64,000 nucleotides of DNA from Verrucomicrobiota bacterium (GTDB lineage: Bacteria; Verrucomicrobiota; Verrucomicrobiia; Limisphaerales; CANJXF01), in the NCBI GenBank assembly GCA_038214755.1, contig JBBQRQ010000009.1, positions 14,871 to 78,870 on the forward strand, given 5' to 3'. A model generated the notes under the pieces. It searched no databases. It saw only the letters and a program-made list of their open reading frames with translations, and was not told the origin of the DNA. Position 1 is the first letter of the stretch, and every line of letters begins with the position of its first letter. Below, in pieces: positions 54,082 to 63,855 of the stretch. The translations under genes were made by a program, and so were the position numbers.

Positions 54082-54747
54082 ATGAAAATCGACGTGCTCA
54101 CTTTGTTTCCCGAAATGTTCGTTGGGCCGCTGGATTTCAGCATGGTCAAGCGAGCGCGCGATGCGGGAATTTTGGATTTGCGGGTGATCAATCTGCGGGA
54201 TTACACCCACGACCGTCATAAAACGGTGGACGATAAACCGTTTGGCGGCGGGCCAGGAATGCTCCTGAAACCGGAACCGATCTTTGCAGCGGTGGAAAAT
54301 TTGGCGAATGAAAAAACGCGCGTGATCATGCTGACGCCGGTGGGGCGAAAGTTTGATCAGCAAATCGCGCGCGAACTTTCGCAACAGGAACACTTGTTGT
54401 TTCTTTGCGGCGCGTATGAAGGATTTGACGAACGTGTTCGGACGCTGGCGCAGGAAGAGATTTCCATCGGCGATTTCGTTCTGACCAATGGCGCGCTGCC
54501 GGCCATGTTGATCGTGGATGCGATCACGCGTTTGTTGCCCGGGGTTTTGGGTGACGAACAAAGTTCAGACGATGAATCGTTCAGTCGTGGGGAATTGGAG
54601 TATCCGCATTACACGCGGCCAGCGGAGTTTCGCGGGATGAAAGTTCCCGAAGTGTTGTTGTCCGGCAACCATGCGGAAATCGAGAAGTGGCGGCGCGAAC
54701 AAGCAAAGTCGCGCACAGAAGAACGCCGGCCAGATTTGTTGGAATAA
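54082..54747 (+). CDS. trmD: tRNA (guanine-N1)-methyltransferase
   Basis: [42 protein letters not shown]. Confidence 0.97.
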   Translation: MKIDVLTLFPEMFVGPLDFSMVKRARDAGILDLRVINLRDYTHDRHKTVDDKPFGGGPGMLLKPEPIFAAVENLANEKTRVIMLTPVGRKFDQQIARELSQQEHLLFLCGAYEGFDERVRTLAQEEISIGDFVLTNGALPAMLIVDAITRLLPGVLGDEQSSDDESFSRGELEYPHYTRPAEFRGMKVPEVLLSGNHAEIEKWRREQAKSRTEERRPDLLE

Positions 54748-54750
54748 TTT

Positions 54751-54826
54751 TGTAGCGGCGCGTCTATGACCGCCGCTGAAATCGAAAAAGAATTTAATCA
54801 CCGGCGGTCACAGACGCGCCGCTACA
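54751..54826. repeat. Inverted REP pair between trmD and rplS
   Basis: TGTAGCGGCGCGTCTATGACCGCCG ... CGGCGGTCACAGACGCGCCGCTACA. Confidence 0.85.
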
Positions 54827-54838
54827 GAAAAGAAATTT

Positions 54839-55306
54839 ATGAACCAGGCAATATTAGATAAAATCGAAACATCCCAGTATCGCAAAGATAACGCGAAGTA
54901 CGCCGTCGGCGATTCCGTGCGCGTCCACACCAAAGTCGTCGAAGGCGATAAAGAGCGCGTCCAGATTTTTGCCGGCATCGTCATTGGCAAACGCGGACAC
55001 GGCTTGAACGAAACTTTCACTGTTCGCCGCATCAGTTACGGCGAAGGTGTCGAACGCATTTTTCCAAAGCATTCGCCACGCGTCGAAAAAATTGAAGTGG
55101 AACGTCGAGGCGATGTCCGCCGCGCGAAGCTGACCTACCTTCGCAAACGCATCGGCAAAGGCGCCACGTTGGTGAAGGAAAGAGGAACGACTCTCGCTGA
55201 ACGAGAAACGCAGGCTGCAGACAAGAAAGCTGCGAAAGCCAGGACAGCGGCGGATAAAGCAGCGACGGCTGAAAAGACCGAGGCCACACCAGTCGCTGCG
55301 GAGTGA
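54839..55306 (+). CDS. rplS: 50S ribosomal protein L19
   Basis: GDSVRVH.KV.EG.KERVQIF.G...FTVRRIS.G.GVERIFP.HSP...VRRAKL.YLR; Ala/Lys-rich tail. Confidence 0.97.
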   Translation: MNQAILDKIETSQYRKDNAKYAVGDSVRVHTKVVEGDKERVQIFAGIVIGKRGHGLNETFTVRRISYGEGVERIFPKHSPRVEKIEVERRGDVRRAKLTYLRKRIGKGATLVKERGTTLAERETQAADKKAAKARTAADKAATAEKTEATPVAAE

Positions 55307-55315
55307 ATTCGTTCC

Positions 55316-55339
55316 CCCGGTTTGCTCACCGGGTTTTTT
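55316..55339 (+). terminator. Intrinsic terminator after rplS
   Basis: CCCGGT-TTGCTC-ACCGGG followed by TTTTTT. Confidence 0.7.
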
Positions 55340-55443
55340 GTTAAGGAAGGCGACGAGAGAACCGCCCTGATTTTTGATTTGCTAGTTGAGGGGCAGCCCT
55401 GTCCAATCGCTCTCGCAGTTCAACTCTTAACTACAAAAAAATT

Positions 55444-55689
55444 ATGAAAAAATTATTCCGTTATGTCGCAGTTATGGCCGTCGTTTCCACTCTGTCCCTT
55501 GCTCAATCCGCCTTCGCCGGTGAATGCTGCAAGAAAGCCGCCGGCCAGGCCAAAGCCGGCAAAGTCTGTGAGAAATGCGTCGGCGACCATCAATGTTGCA
55601 AAGATGCCATCGCGAAAGTGACGAAGGACGGCAAAGCCAAAGAATGCGCCAAATGCGCTGCCGCAAAAAAAGAAGACAAGAAATCTTAA
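55444..55689 (+). CDS. Small exported Cys/Lys-rich protein
   Basis: Signal peptide ending AFA; mature part has two CCK.A....GK..C.KC units; followed by its own terminator. Confidence 0.8.
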   Translation: MKKLFRYVAVMAVVSTLSLAQSAFAGECCKKAAGQAKAGKVCEKCVGDHQCCKDAIAKVTKDGKAKECAKCAAAKKEDKKS

Positions 55690-55708
55690 GCACTCATCCA
55701 TCGCGACC

Positions 55709-55745
55709 ATCCCATCCGGCCTGCTGCCGGATGGGATTTTTATTT
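55709..55745 (+). terminator. Intrinsic terminator
   Basis: ATCCCATCCGGC-CTGCT-GCCGGATGGGAT followed by TTTTATTT. Confidence 0.8.
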
Positions 55746-55789
55746 CACGTGGATTGCGTCCGGGCGAAGGAAACGGCTCGCGCTGGAAT

Positions 55790-56764
55790 CTAACTCCGCA
55801 CTTGGTTACTGACTTGAGCAGTCAACGTCGCGTATGCCGCATTAATAATTTTGGATCGTTGCTCGGCCATTTGCTGCCAGTCTTTGTTCAACGTGGCGAA
55901 CTTGTCGGGGTGGCACTGTTTTATTTGCCGGCGATAGGCCGCTTTGATTTGGGCAAGTGAGGCCGAACGCGGAACTCCCAAAATCTTGTGCGGCCCCGTC
56001 GGCTCTTCTTCGGCACGAGCAGCCGGAGGCGATTTGGACGAGCGAAAAGTCGGGTCGGGTTGAATTTTCACGCGCACCCCCAGCACGCGCCCGAGTTCAG
56101 CGCGCAGATCGCTCGTGAGAGAAATTCCGCTCGGCTCGCTCTGCAAAAAAATTACTCCGGCTATGTCGCGCAATTGCGGAAAAACTTTGACCGAATTTAA
56201 TTCCGGCACGAGTCGGGCCAACTCCGTGAAGGAGACGCGCGAACCTTTTTCCAACAGAATGACTAAAATCTTCGCGCAACTTGCGATGTCCATGCGCAGC
56301 AGCGTGGCCGATTTGTAGAACATGGAAATGGCGGAGACGAACCATTGCGGCCCGACGTAAAGCATCTGCCGGAAAAATCCATCGTCCACGCCGGGACCGG
56401 ACAAAAGAATGTTCAATGCGCGAGCCAGACCCGCGTCGGACACGTGGACTTTTGCGGTTTTGTATTTGGCGTAGCGGAGGTGCTCGACGTTTCGCCGGTA
56501 GTGACTAATAAAAAGCCACACCAGAAACGCCGCGGAGAAGGTCGCGCAAAAGGGAATCGAGTTGCGAAGGTTGAGGTCAAAAGTAGTTTTCGCCAGCGTC
56601 GCGATGATCTCGAAAAGAATGAGTCCCACGACGAACGCGACACCAGTCGTGAAGGCGAGCACGACCAAGCTCGCCGCCAAACAAATCGCGCCCACCGGAA
56701 TATTCAGGAGCGCTTCCGTCAGCGTTTGTTTGACCAACCATCTTTCGACGAGGGCGATTCTCAT
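55790..56764 (-). CDS. Membrane protein with C-terminal DnaJ (J) domain
   Basis: N-terminal TM helices; P..ILGV...AS..QIK.AYR...QCHPDK...IN.AY; the ORF-track N-terminal extension is REP-derived. Confidence 0.85.
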   Translation of the reverse strand: MRIALVERWLVKQTLTEALLNIPVGAICLAASLVVLAFTTGVAFVVGLILFEIIATLAKTTFDLNLRNSIPFCATFSAAFLVWLFISHYRRNVEHLRYAKYKTAKVHVSDAGLARALNILLSGPGVDDGFFRQMLYVGPQWFVSAISMFYKSATLLRMDIASCAKILVILLEKGSRVSFTELARLVPELNSVKVFPQLRDIAGVIFLQSEPSGISLTSDLRAELGRVLGVRVKIQPDPTFRSSKSPPAARAEEEPTGPHKILGVPRSASLAQIKAAYRRQIKQCHPDKFATLNKDWQQMAEQRSKIINAAYATLTAQVSNQVRS

Positions 56765-56765
56765 T

Positions 56766-56795
56766 CGGGTAGCATCTGCCTCCGGCGGGTGCGAA
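56766..56795. repeat. Single REP copy (CGGGTAGCATCTGCCTCCGGCGGGTGCGAA)
   Basis: Identical to 42963-42992. Confidence 0.9.
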
Positions 56796-56818
56796 ATCAT
56801 TCCCAAATCTGATCGCGC

Positions 56819-57703
56819 TTAAAGAATTCTTTCGCAGCGCAAATTCACTTTGAGCGAGGACGTTTTTCCCGGCGCGAGGCTCAATTTGTTTTCTGAAACA
56901 TTTCCCGACTCCACACAGACCATCCGCAAATATTCTTCGTCGCCGAAATCGGCCATCGCCTTGGCCTTCTCAATCCACGGGTTCCAAACTACCGTCGAGA
57001 TTGACCCTTCTTTCTCGATGAGAATTTTGCGGCGCAATTTGGAATCACGAATTTCCACCGTCCCGGATGTGCTCAAGTAAACCCGGTCCGTCTCGCCCGA
57101 AAATGTGATCGCATCGCCGCTTTCTTTTCTCCGCGCGAAATTTTCCGGCTTGTCGAGATAGTCCGTGCCTTTCAGTCCCGTGACTTTCACTTCACGGATG
57201 TCGCCGACCGCAAAATAAGTGTGGAGACAATTCTCGAGCGAAAGATTTTCGTGCGATTGATTCGCGATTCTCAATTCGAGCGAAAGCGTTTCGCCAACCG
57301 TCACAAAATATTCCGCCGAAAATTCCGGAAACTCCGCCGCCTCGGGAGCTTTCGGCAGGCTCAATTGCAGAGTCACCGCGTCACCGTGAGTGTGAGTTAA
57401 AATTTCTTTCAACTCCCACGTCTGGGTTCGCGCAAAGCCATGCATCGGTTTCCCCTCGCGCGCGCCGAACCACGGAAAAATAATCGGCACGCCGCCGCGA
57501 ATCGGCTGGCCTTTTTCAAAGCGGCTTTTTTCGCTCAAAAATAAAAGAGGCGCTTCGCCTTTGCGCTGGAATTTTGTGACATGCGCGCCCTGTAAATAAA
57601 TTTCCGCGTCGCTGGCGGGTGTTTGGACTGCGATCCGTGGCAATCCCCCATTGCCGTTGTTAAAAGTCACGCCGGATTTCGGATGAACGTTGTGTTGCGT
57701 CAT
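56819..57703 (-). CDS. D-hexose-6-phosphate mutarotase (aldose 1-epimerase family)
   Basis: IRGGVPIIFPWF, HGFAR, LHTYF, VVWNPW and MVCVE motifs. Confidence 0.92.
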   Translation of the reverse strand: MTQHNVHPKSGVTFNNGNGGLPRIAVQTPASDAEIYLQGAHVTKFQRKGEAPLLFLSEKSRFEKGQPIRGGVPIIFPWFGAREGKPMHGFARTQTWELKEILTHTHGDAVTLQLSLPKAPEAAEFPEFSAEYFVTVGETLSLELRIANQSHENLSLENCLHTYFAVGDIREVKVTGLKGTDYLDKPENFARRKESGDAITFSGETDRVYLSTSGTVEIRDSKLRRKILIEKEGSISTVVWNPWIEKAKAMADFGDEEYLRMVCVESGNVSENKLSLAPGKTSSLKVNLRCERIL

Positions 57704-57844
57704 GGCGCGTGCAGCATTGTCGAAAAAGCCAGACGCTGCAACGAGGAAGCCAAGAGGATTTTTATAAAAAAACACCTGCAAAAAAATTCGAGGCGGACAA
57801 ACCTAAGCTGTCCGCCTCGTTGGCGATTACTTCAGACTAGACGC

Positions 57845-60133
57845 TCACGGACATGTCGGGCAGGGCGCCAGGGGGCTTGGGGCCAACCCGTCGGGAAACA
57901 CGTCGAAGAACGAATTTAACTCTGGAATTTGAAGGTCGAAGAACATATGCGAGAACGAATCGATCATCAGTTCGTGCGTGTGCATATCCATTTCGTCCGT
58001 TTCTCCGCTGCCTAACTCCATCCAACCCTGCGGATCGTCCAGGCGCGGGTTCACTCGAACAACGCCATCGCCTTCCCACTGGAGTCTCAATGTATTTCCG
58101 TTGGGATTTCGGGTGGGACTTCCGGTCGTAAGCCCCGGGGTGCAACAGCAGATGTTCACGTTGTCCAGATAGACGAAGCCCAGTTGGTAAGGCGCGACAC
58201 CGGCTGGCACTTGTCCCGCGCGAATGATCAGCGCGTCCCAGACACCTTGCTGCGGAACAAGGAAACAGGCGGGTACCGGCAATGTGGTTTGCCAACCGAC
58301 TTTTTGCGTCACACGTTCACGATGGATGACCTGTTGTTGAGCGGGGTTCGCCCAATTGGCGAGAACGAATTCGATGATCACAGGCCCAGGTGATGATTCC
58401 GCCAAAGACAAACACGCGCGCAACCGGAAACGTTTTCCATTGGGCAAAGGCGCGACTAACTGACCAATCATCGATTCAGTCACGAATCCACCCGTCGTGG
58501 TGTAACCGCCTTCCAGACCGGCGTAGTTTTTTCCCTCGCACGGATTTTCCTGACCTCGGCAATTGACGGGAACACCTGCGGCAGGCCGGAACAAGTTCGG
58601 CGTGCCGAGAAGCGAACGCCACGGTGGGGCGAGATCGACCAAATCGTTGCAGGGATCGGGCGGGGGTGCGTTGGGGCTCACGGTTTCGAAGCTCGGATTT
58701 CTCAAGTAGCAACCCTTGGGCACGAGACAAACTTTGAATGTGCATTGGCTTTGATTGCCCGCGCGGTCCACCGCGATGCACGACACCGTGGTGCAGCCCA
58801 TCGGGAAGAGACTACCCGGTGGCGGTGTGCAAGTTAGCGTGACGTTCGTGTCACAATCGTCTCGGACGACGACGGTGTACTTGACCCGTGCGCCATTGGA
58901 CGTGGCGCAAAGGATGATGATATTGCTCGGGCAAATAATGGTGGGCGGAGTTGTGTCCGGCACATTGCTGACCGTCACTCTGAAGCAGCATCGTGTCACC
59001 ACACCGCCAGTAATGTTCGTGCAGCAAACCGTTGTCACGCCGGGAGGAAAGAAACTTCCAGAGGGCGGACCACAGGTCACCGGCAGTTGTTGCCCGGTGC
59101 AAGTGTTGAGTGCGCGGGATTCCCATCTCACGATCGCGCCATTCGGCCCGGCGCAATTCACGACGATATCTTCAGGGCAAATCACTTCCACGCAGTTGGT
59201 GGGCGGTGGCGTTGGCGGACAACGAACCGTCACGGTGAATTCGCAACAATTGCTGTTGCCGGTATGGTCAACGGCGCAACAAACCACCTTGGTTGTGCCA
59301 ATGGGGAACACGGAGCCGGAGGGCGGCGTGCAAGTGACTTTTGGATTCGGATCGCAATTATCCACCACGACCGGCGCCGAATAGGTTACCGGGATCGGCA
59401 CGCAGTTGGGACTGAGAACGAGGATGTTCGTTGGGCACCTGATGGTGGGCGGGACAATGTCCGGCTGGCACGGTTGGTCGCAGCAGCGAATGATAACGTC
59501 GAAACAGCAACATTCGGTTTGCTTCCGGCCAGTTGCCGGATCGGTCCAGTCCACGCAAACAGAAACCGTCGTTTTGCCCACCGGGAACTGTGAGCCGGAT
59601 GGCATGGAGTAGGTGACCACAGTGGCGACATTGCAGGGGTTGGAAATTTTTACGTCCGCAAAAAATACTCTGGCTCCCGGCTGGTTGGTGACACAGACGA
59701 TGAGATTGGTCGGGCACTCCAGTCGAATTTGGCAGTTGGTTGCTGGCGGGGGACAATTATTTCCGAGCACAACGATTCGATAGCAACAGCAGTCGCGGTA
59801 ACTCCCATCAGGATATTCTACGCAACAAACGACGGTATGCACGCCCGGTGGAAAAAACTGCGCCTGACCTGGTAGCGGATTGCAAATGACCCGGTAACCC
59901 GTCGGCACCTGGCCGCCGCAGCGATTGGTCAAAACAGGAGACGGCAGGGTCACCATCGCTCCGTAGCCGAGACCCGTAATCAACGTGCAATCCTTGATGA
60001 TTGTTGCCGGACAAACGATACCGACGCAGTTCGTCGGATTACAATTGGTGGGTTGTTGAGCCTTTGCCTGGAACTGGCCGAATTGGCAGAAAAATGAGAC
60101 CGCGACCGACAGGGCGATGAGTGGATTTTTCAT
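57845..60133 (-). CDS. Exported Cys-rich HYR-domain repeat protein
   Basis: Signal peptide; repeated PP.I.CP.NI...V.C.PPSGS.FP.G.T.V.C...CCF.V.V HYR-like units; C-terminal beta-sandwich. Confidence 0.85.
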   Translation of the reverse strand: MKNPLIALSVAVSFFCQFGQFQAKAQQPTNCNPTNCVGIVCPATIIKDCTLITGLGYGAMVTLPSPVLTNRCGGQVPTGYRVICNPLPGQAQFFPPGVHTVVCCVEYPDGSYRDCCCYRIVVLGNNCPPPATNCQIRLECPTNLIVCVTNQPGARVFFADVKISNPCNVATVVTYSMPSGSQFPVGKTTVSVCVDWTDPATGRKQTECCCFDVIIRCCDQPCQPDIVPPTIRCPTNILVLSPNCVPIPVTYSAPVVVDNCDPNPKVTCTPPSGSVFPIGTTKVVCCAVDHTGNSNCCEFTVTVRCPPTPPPTNCVEVICPEDIVVNCAGPNGAIVRWESRALNTCTGQQLPVTCGPPSGSFFPPGVTTVCCTNITGGVVTRCCFRVTVSNVPDTTPPTIICPSNIIILCATSNGARVKYTVVVRDDCDTNVTLTCTPPPGSLFPMGCTTVSCIAVDRAGNQSQCTFKVCLVPKGCYLRNPSFETVSPNAPPPDPCNDLVDLAPPWRSLLGTPNLFRPAAGVPVNCRGQENPCEGKNYAGLEGGYTTTGGFVTESMIGQLVAPLPNGKRFRLRACLSLAESSPGPVIIEFVLANWANPAQQQVIHRERVTQKVGWQTTLPVPACFLVPQQGVWDALIIRAGQVPAGVAPYQLGFVYLDNVNICCCTPGLTTGSPTRNPNGNTLRLQWEGDGVVRVNPRLDDPQGWMELGSGETDEMDMHTHELMIDSFSHMFFDLQIPELNSFFDVFPDGLAPSPLAPCPTCP

Positions 60134-60339
60134 AAGAATTTTTTTTGAAAGGCAACGTCACGCTCCAACGCTGGAACGGGAATTACGGTTCGTTTTTCCT
60201 CCCGTGGCGATTTGAAGTCAAGGTAATTTGCGTTGATCCGAGAATCTTTAGATTCATCGCGTTAGCTTTTTAGTCGAAAAAAACTCCGAAAAACTTTTTC
60301 TATTTTCATTGCGCCTAAAACTCCCTAGCGTTCGCGCTT

Positions 60340-61380
60340 ATGGCGAAATCTCACTCCTATAAATTTTGTTTTGGCCCGTGGAATATCAGTGAAGGCCAGG
60401 ACCCGTACGGCCCAACCACGCGCCCTCCGCAGATTTTCGATTGGAAACTGGCGCAATTAAAAAAGCTCGGCTTCGACGCCATGATGTTTCACGACGACGA
60501 TGCCGTTCCCGACATTGACAGCAAATCCGACGCACAAATTTTTAAGGAAGCCAAAGAGTTGAAGAAACGTTTGGACGGCGAAGGCATTGCCGCCGAAATG
60601 GTCGCGCCGCGTTTGTGGTTCGCGCCGCAGACGATTGATGGCGCTTACACGAGCAACGATCCGAAACATCGCCAATACGCGATTGACCGTTCGCTCCGCT
60701 GCATCGACATCGGGAAAATTCTCGGCACGGATTTGCTCGTGCTCTGGCTGGCGCGCGAAGGAACTTATCTACGCGAATCCAAAAACGGCAAACGCAGCGT
60801 CGAATTGCTGGTGCAAGCGTTCGATAAAATGTTGGCGCACGATAAAAAAGTTCGCCTCGCCATCGAACCGAAACCGAACGAGCCGATGGACCACGCCTAC
60901 ATTCCCACGATTGGCCACGCGCTCGCCGTCGCGCAACTCACGCGCGATCCGAAACGGGTTGGCGCATTGATCGAGAGCGCGCATTGCATTTTGGCCGGGC
61001 TTGATCCCGCCGACGAAATTGATTTCGCGATGACGTTTGGAAAACTTTGGTCGCTCCATTTGAACGATCAGAATGGTTTGAAGTTCGATCAGGACAAACC
61101 ATTTGGCAGCGCGAATCTTCGTAGCGCCTTCAATCAAGTTCGCGTTCTCGAACGAAATAAATATGGCAGTCACGGCGAGTATGTTTGTTTCGATGTGCAT
61201 CCGTTTCGCACCACAAAAGTGGAACATTGGCTGGCGCATCTGGACAACAGCCGCCGCACGTTTTTGAAACTTGTGGAAAAATCTCGCGCCTTCGACGACG
61301 CCAAGGCAAGGGAGTTGATCACCGACCGAAATTACCAGACGCTCGATCAAATGGTCATCGACCATCTGTTGGGGAAGTAG
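60340..61380 (+). CDS. xylA: Xylose isomerase (or close TIM-barrel isomerase)
   Basis: FHDDD, DGAYTSND, W..REG, IEPKPNEP and HLNDQ...FDQD motifs. Confidence 0.8.
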   Translation: MAKSHSYKFCFGPWNISEGQDPYGPTTRPPQIFDWKLAQLKKLGFDAMMFHDDDAVPDIDSKSDAQIFKEAKELKKRLDGEGIAAEMVAPRLWFAPQTIDGAYTSNDPKHRQYAIDRSLRCIDIGKILGTDLLVLWLAREGTYLRESKNGKRSVELLVQAFDKMLAHDKKVRLAIEPKPNEPMDHAYIPTIGHALAVAQLTRDPKRVGALIESAHCILAGLDPADEIDFAMTFGKLWSLHLNDQNGLKFDQDKPFGSANLRSAFNQVRVLERNKYGSHGEYVCFDVHPFRTTKVEHWLAHLDNSRRTFLKLVEKSRAFDDAKARELITDRNYQTLDQMVIDHLLGK

Positions 61381-61436
61381 CGGGCGGGGCGTTTGGCTGC
61401 TATAATGCTCCTTCGCTGCCGAATTAATAAAGCCCG

Positions 61437-62801
61437 ATGACTTGGAAAAACTTTGATGATTGGAGGGCGACTGTATCGAAGATCAGCGGCCTTGTTCCTA
61501 AAAATTCCTGGACGGCTTTGGCTTTGCTGGGAGCTATCGTTTTCATTCTGCCCATTTCAACTGCTTCGGCGCTGGAGGTCACGGGATTTCATCGAAACGG
61601 CGTCTTGATTTGGACCAATGCCCTCGTCCCCGGCGTTTGCACCATCGAAGGCGTGGGATCAATCGGCGGAGCCTGGATCGCGGAACAAAATTTTTTCTCG
61701 ACCAACTCAGCCGGCCAGTTCGGCGCGCTGCTCGGCAACAGCAATAAATTTTTTCGCGTGCGCAGTGTCGGTGTTCCCGCCACACCGCAGGGCTTCTCCA
61801 ATCTGGTTCAATCCTTCGGGCTTCTTGAAACTCTGGCTGGAGATGGGGCAGGACGCATCGACGGGGTCAGTTATTGGCAGCCTTTTTTCGAGGGCCGGGC
61901 GGCTTTCTCCGCCTCGCTTTCCCGTCCGCATTACGCGATGGCGGATCGCGCGGGCAACATTTACATCGCTGACAAGAACAGCCATTCCATTCTGCGCATT
62001 TCCACCAACGGCACTATTTACACCCACGCTGGAACGCACCTCGGCGGGTTCAATGGTGAAGGCCCCGCCGTGGCCACCAATCTGCAACTCAATTTTCCCA
62101 ACTCGCTTTGGGTTCGCGGCGACGGAACGGTTTACGTGCTCGATACCGACAATGGCCGCGTGCGTCGCGTCAACACTAATGGCATCATGACCACACTGTT
62201 CCTCGCCACCACCGACGGTTCGGCTCTGAGTGGCGGGCGCACGCTGTGGGTGAAGGACGACGAATCACTTTTCTATTTCGGAAATGACACACGCGTCCGC
62301 CAATGGACTCCAGGCGCCGGAGTGGTGACCCTGGTTTCGGGTTTCACCGAACTGGGGACCCTCACGGTCGAGCGAGGCGGCGATCTCATCGTGTGTGATC
62401 GAGGAGCGCATTACGTTTATCGCGTCACGCCTCTGGGGACAAAATCGATCATCGCGGGCAACGGCACAACCAATGGGGGCGGCGATGGTTTCCCGGCATT
62501 ACAGACCGGCCTTAACGGAGTCCGTGGCGTTTGGGCGGTGCCGACGGGCGGATTTTTGTTTTTAACCCACGACGGCTCCCAGCTTTGGTATATGGACAGC
62601 GCGAGCACGATGCACCTGTTAGTCAACGGCGCGGGCGGCACGACGCACAGTGGCGATGGATCGTATTTCTATGGGCCTGCCCAATTGAAAATCAGTGAAG
62701 GCCGCAGCGTCTCCCTGGATTATTCCGGGAACATTTTAATTTGCGAAAGTGATTACGGATACATCCGTCGCATACGATTCCAAAGATTACTGGTCCCGTG
62801 A
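61437..62801 (+). CDS. Exported NHL-repeat protein
   Basis: L.RP.....D..GNIYIAD..SH.I.RI...G.I.T.AG NHL repeats; hydrophobic signal segment. Confidence 0.85.
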   Translation: MTWKNFDDWRATVSKISGLVPKNSWTALALLGAIVFILPISTASALEVTGFHRNGVLIWTNALVPGVCTIEGVGSIGGAWIAEQNFFSTNSAGQFGALLGNSNKFFRVRSVGVPATPQGFSNLVQSFGLLETLAGDGAGRIDGVSYWQPFFEGRAAFSASLSRPHYAMADRAGNIYIADKNSHSILRISTNGTIYTHAGTHLGGFNGEGPAVATNLQLNFPNSLWVRGDGTVYVLDTDNGRVRRVNTNGIMTTLFLATTDGSALSGGRTLWVKDDESLFYFGNDTRVRQWTPGAGVVTLVSGFTELGTLTVERGGDLIVCDRGAHYVYRVTPLGTKSIIAGNGTTNGGGDGFPALQTGLNGVRGVWAVPTGGFLFLTHDGSQLWYMDSASTMHLLVNGAGGTTHSGDGSYFYGPAQLKISEGRSVSLDYSGNILICESDYGYIRRIRFQRLLVP

Positions 62802-62904
62802 ATTCCATGGTCGGCGAGGAAACTTCTGGACGTCGAGCACGCTCCATTTCGCACCAGGAATGCTGCGCTTTTTCAATCTGCCGGGAAATTATGGCCAATG
62901 AATT

Positions 62905-63702
62905 TTACGAACTGGCGCTCGTGTAGTGTCGCATCGCGAAGCGCCAGCCCAACTCGGAAATAATAAAACAAAACACCGCGGTCACGACGAGTAAAACAAG
63001 TTCCCACGGCGATTGCAGTTTTTGCGCGATTAGTTTTGCGGGGACATTCGCCACGAGCAGCATCGGAATGGCGAACGTGAAAAATATTTTGAAGAAGCCT
63101 TGGAAAGCGGAATCGGGCATCCGCGAAATGTTGAACAAGTTGTAGTAACCCCAAACAATTCCCTGCGCTTTCACCGTCCAAAAACTAATCGTCGCGAGCA
63201 GAAACATGAGCGAGTAGTGAATCAAAATTCCGGCGAGACAGAGAAAAAGAAATCCGAAAATCTGCGACGCGCCCGGCACGATGTGAAGTTGTTTTGCCGC
63301 GTAGCCCATCACCGCCAGACCCGAGGCGCCATTGACGAATCCGCCGAGATCGACTTGCCGCAGCGAAACGAGGAAGCGCGTGTTGACCGGCAGCAGGAGC
63401 ATGAAATCAAGTTTGCCCGTGCGGATGAGTTCGGAGAGTTGCGTGCAGTTGACAAGAAAAAATGCCTGGAAAATTTGCTGAATGAAATGGCTCGCGCCAA
63501 TCAGCATGACCACCTGCCATTTCGTCCAGTCGCCGATGTGATCGGTGTGCAGATAAATCACGCCGATGAAACTGAGTTGCAGCGCGAACCAAAGCAACTC
63601 GACGAAAATCCAGAGAATGAAGTTGGATTTAAAACCCATCTCGCGCACGACGGAATTTCGCCAAAGCGCGCCGTAGATTTTTGCGTAATGCTTGAAGTTC
63701 AT
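62905..63702 (-). CDS. ABC-2 type transporter permease (DUF990-like)
   Basis: Multiple TM helices; IRTGKLDFMLLLPVN motif; likely ATG at 63702. Confidence 0.88.
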   Translation of the reverse strand: MNFKHYAKIYGALWRNSVVREMGFKSNFILWIFVELLWFALQLSFIGVIYLHTDHIGDWTKWQVVMLIGASHFIQQIFQAFFLVNCTQLSELIRTGKLDFMLLLPVNTRFLVSLRQVDLGGFVNGASGLAVMGYAAKQLHIVPGASQIFGFLFLCLAGILIHYSLMFLLATISFWTVKAQGIVWGYYNLFNISRMPDSAFQGFFKIFFTFAIPMLLVANVPAKLIAQKLQSPWELVLLVVTAVFCFIISELGWRFAMRHYTSASS

Positions 63703-63754
63703 TTCTTCAAAAACTTTTTCACCACAGAGCGCGGAAGCACAAATAAGACAAAAC

Positions 63755-63855
63755 GGAACGCCGATTTCCCAATCGGCTCCGTGATGCACACTTTGCAAAG
63801 TGTGGATCACCCCCGGAGCAGCTTACCATCGAGCCGATTGGGAAATCGGCGTTCC
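63755..63855. repeat. Inverted REP pair, family GGAACGCCGAT
   Basis: GGAACGCCGATTTCCCAATCGGCTC ... GAGCCGATTGGGAAATCGGCGTTCC, perfect reverse complements. Confidence 0.85.

Noticed and set aside
55444..55689. Multi-heme cytochrome c
   Set aside because: CxxC motifs are not followed by His.
63703..63810. ORF-track N-terminal extension of the ABC permease
   Set aside because: It runs through a REP arm; the ATG at 63702 fits the family start better.
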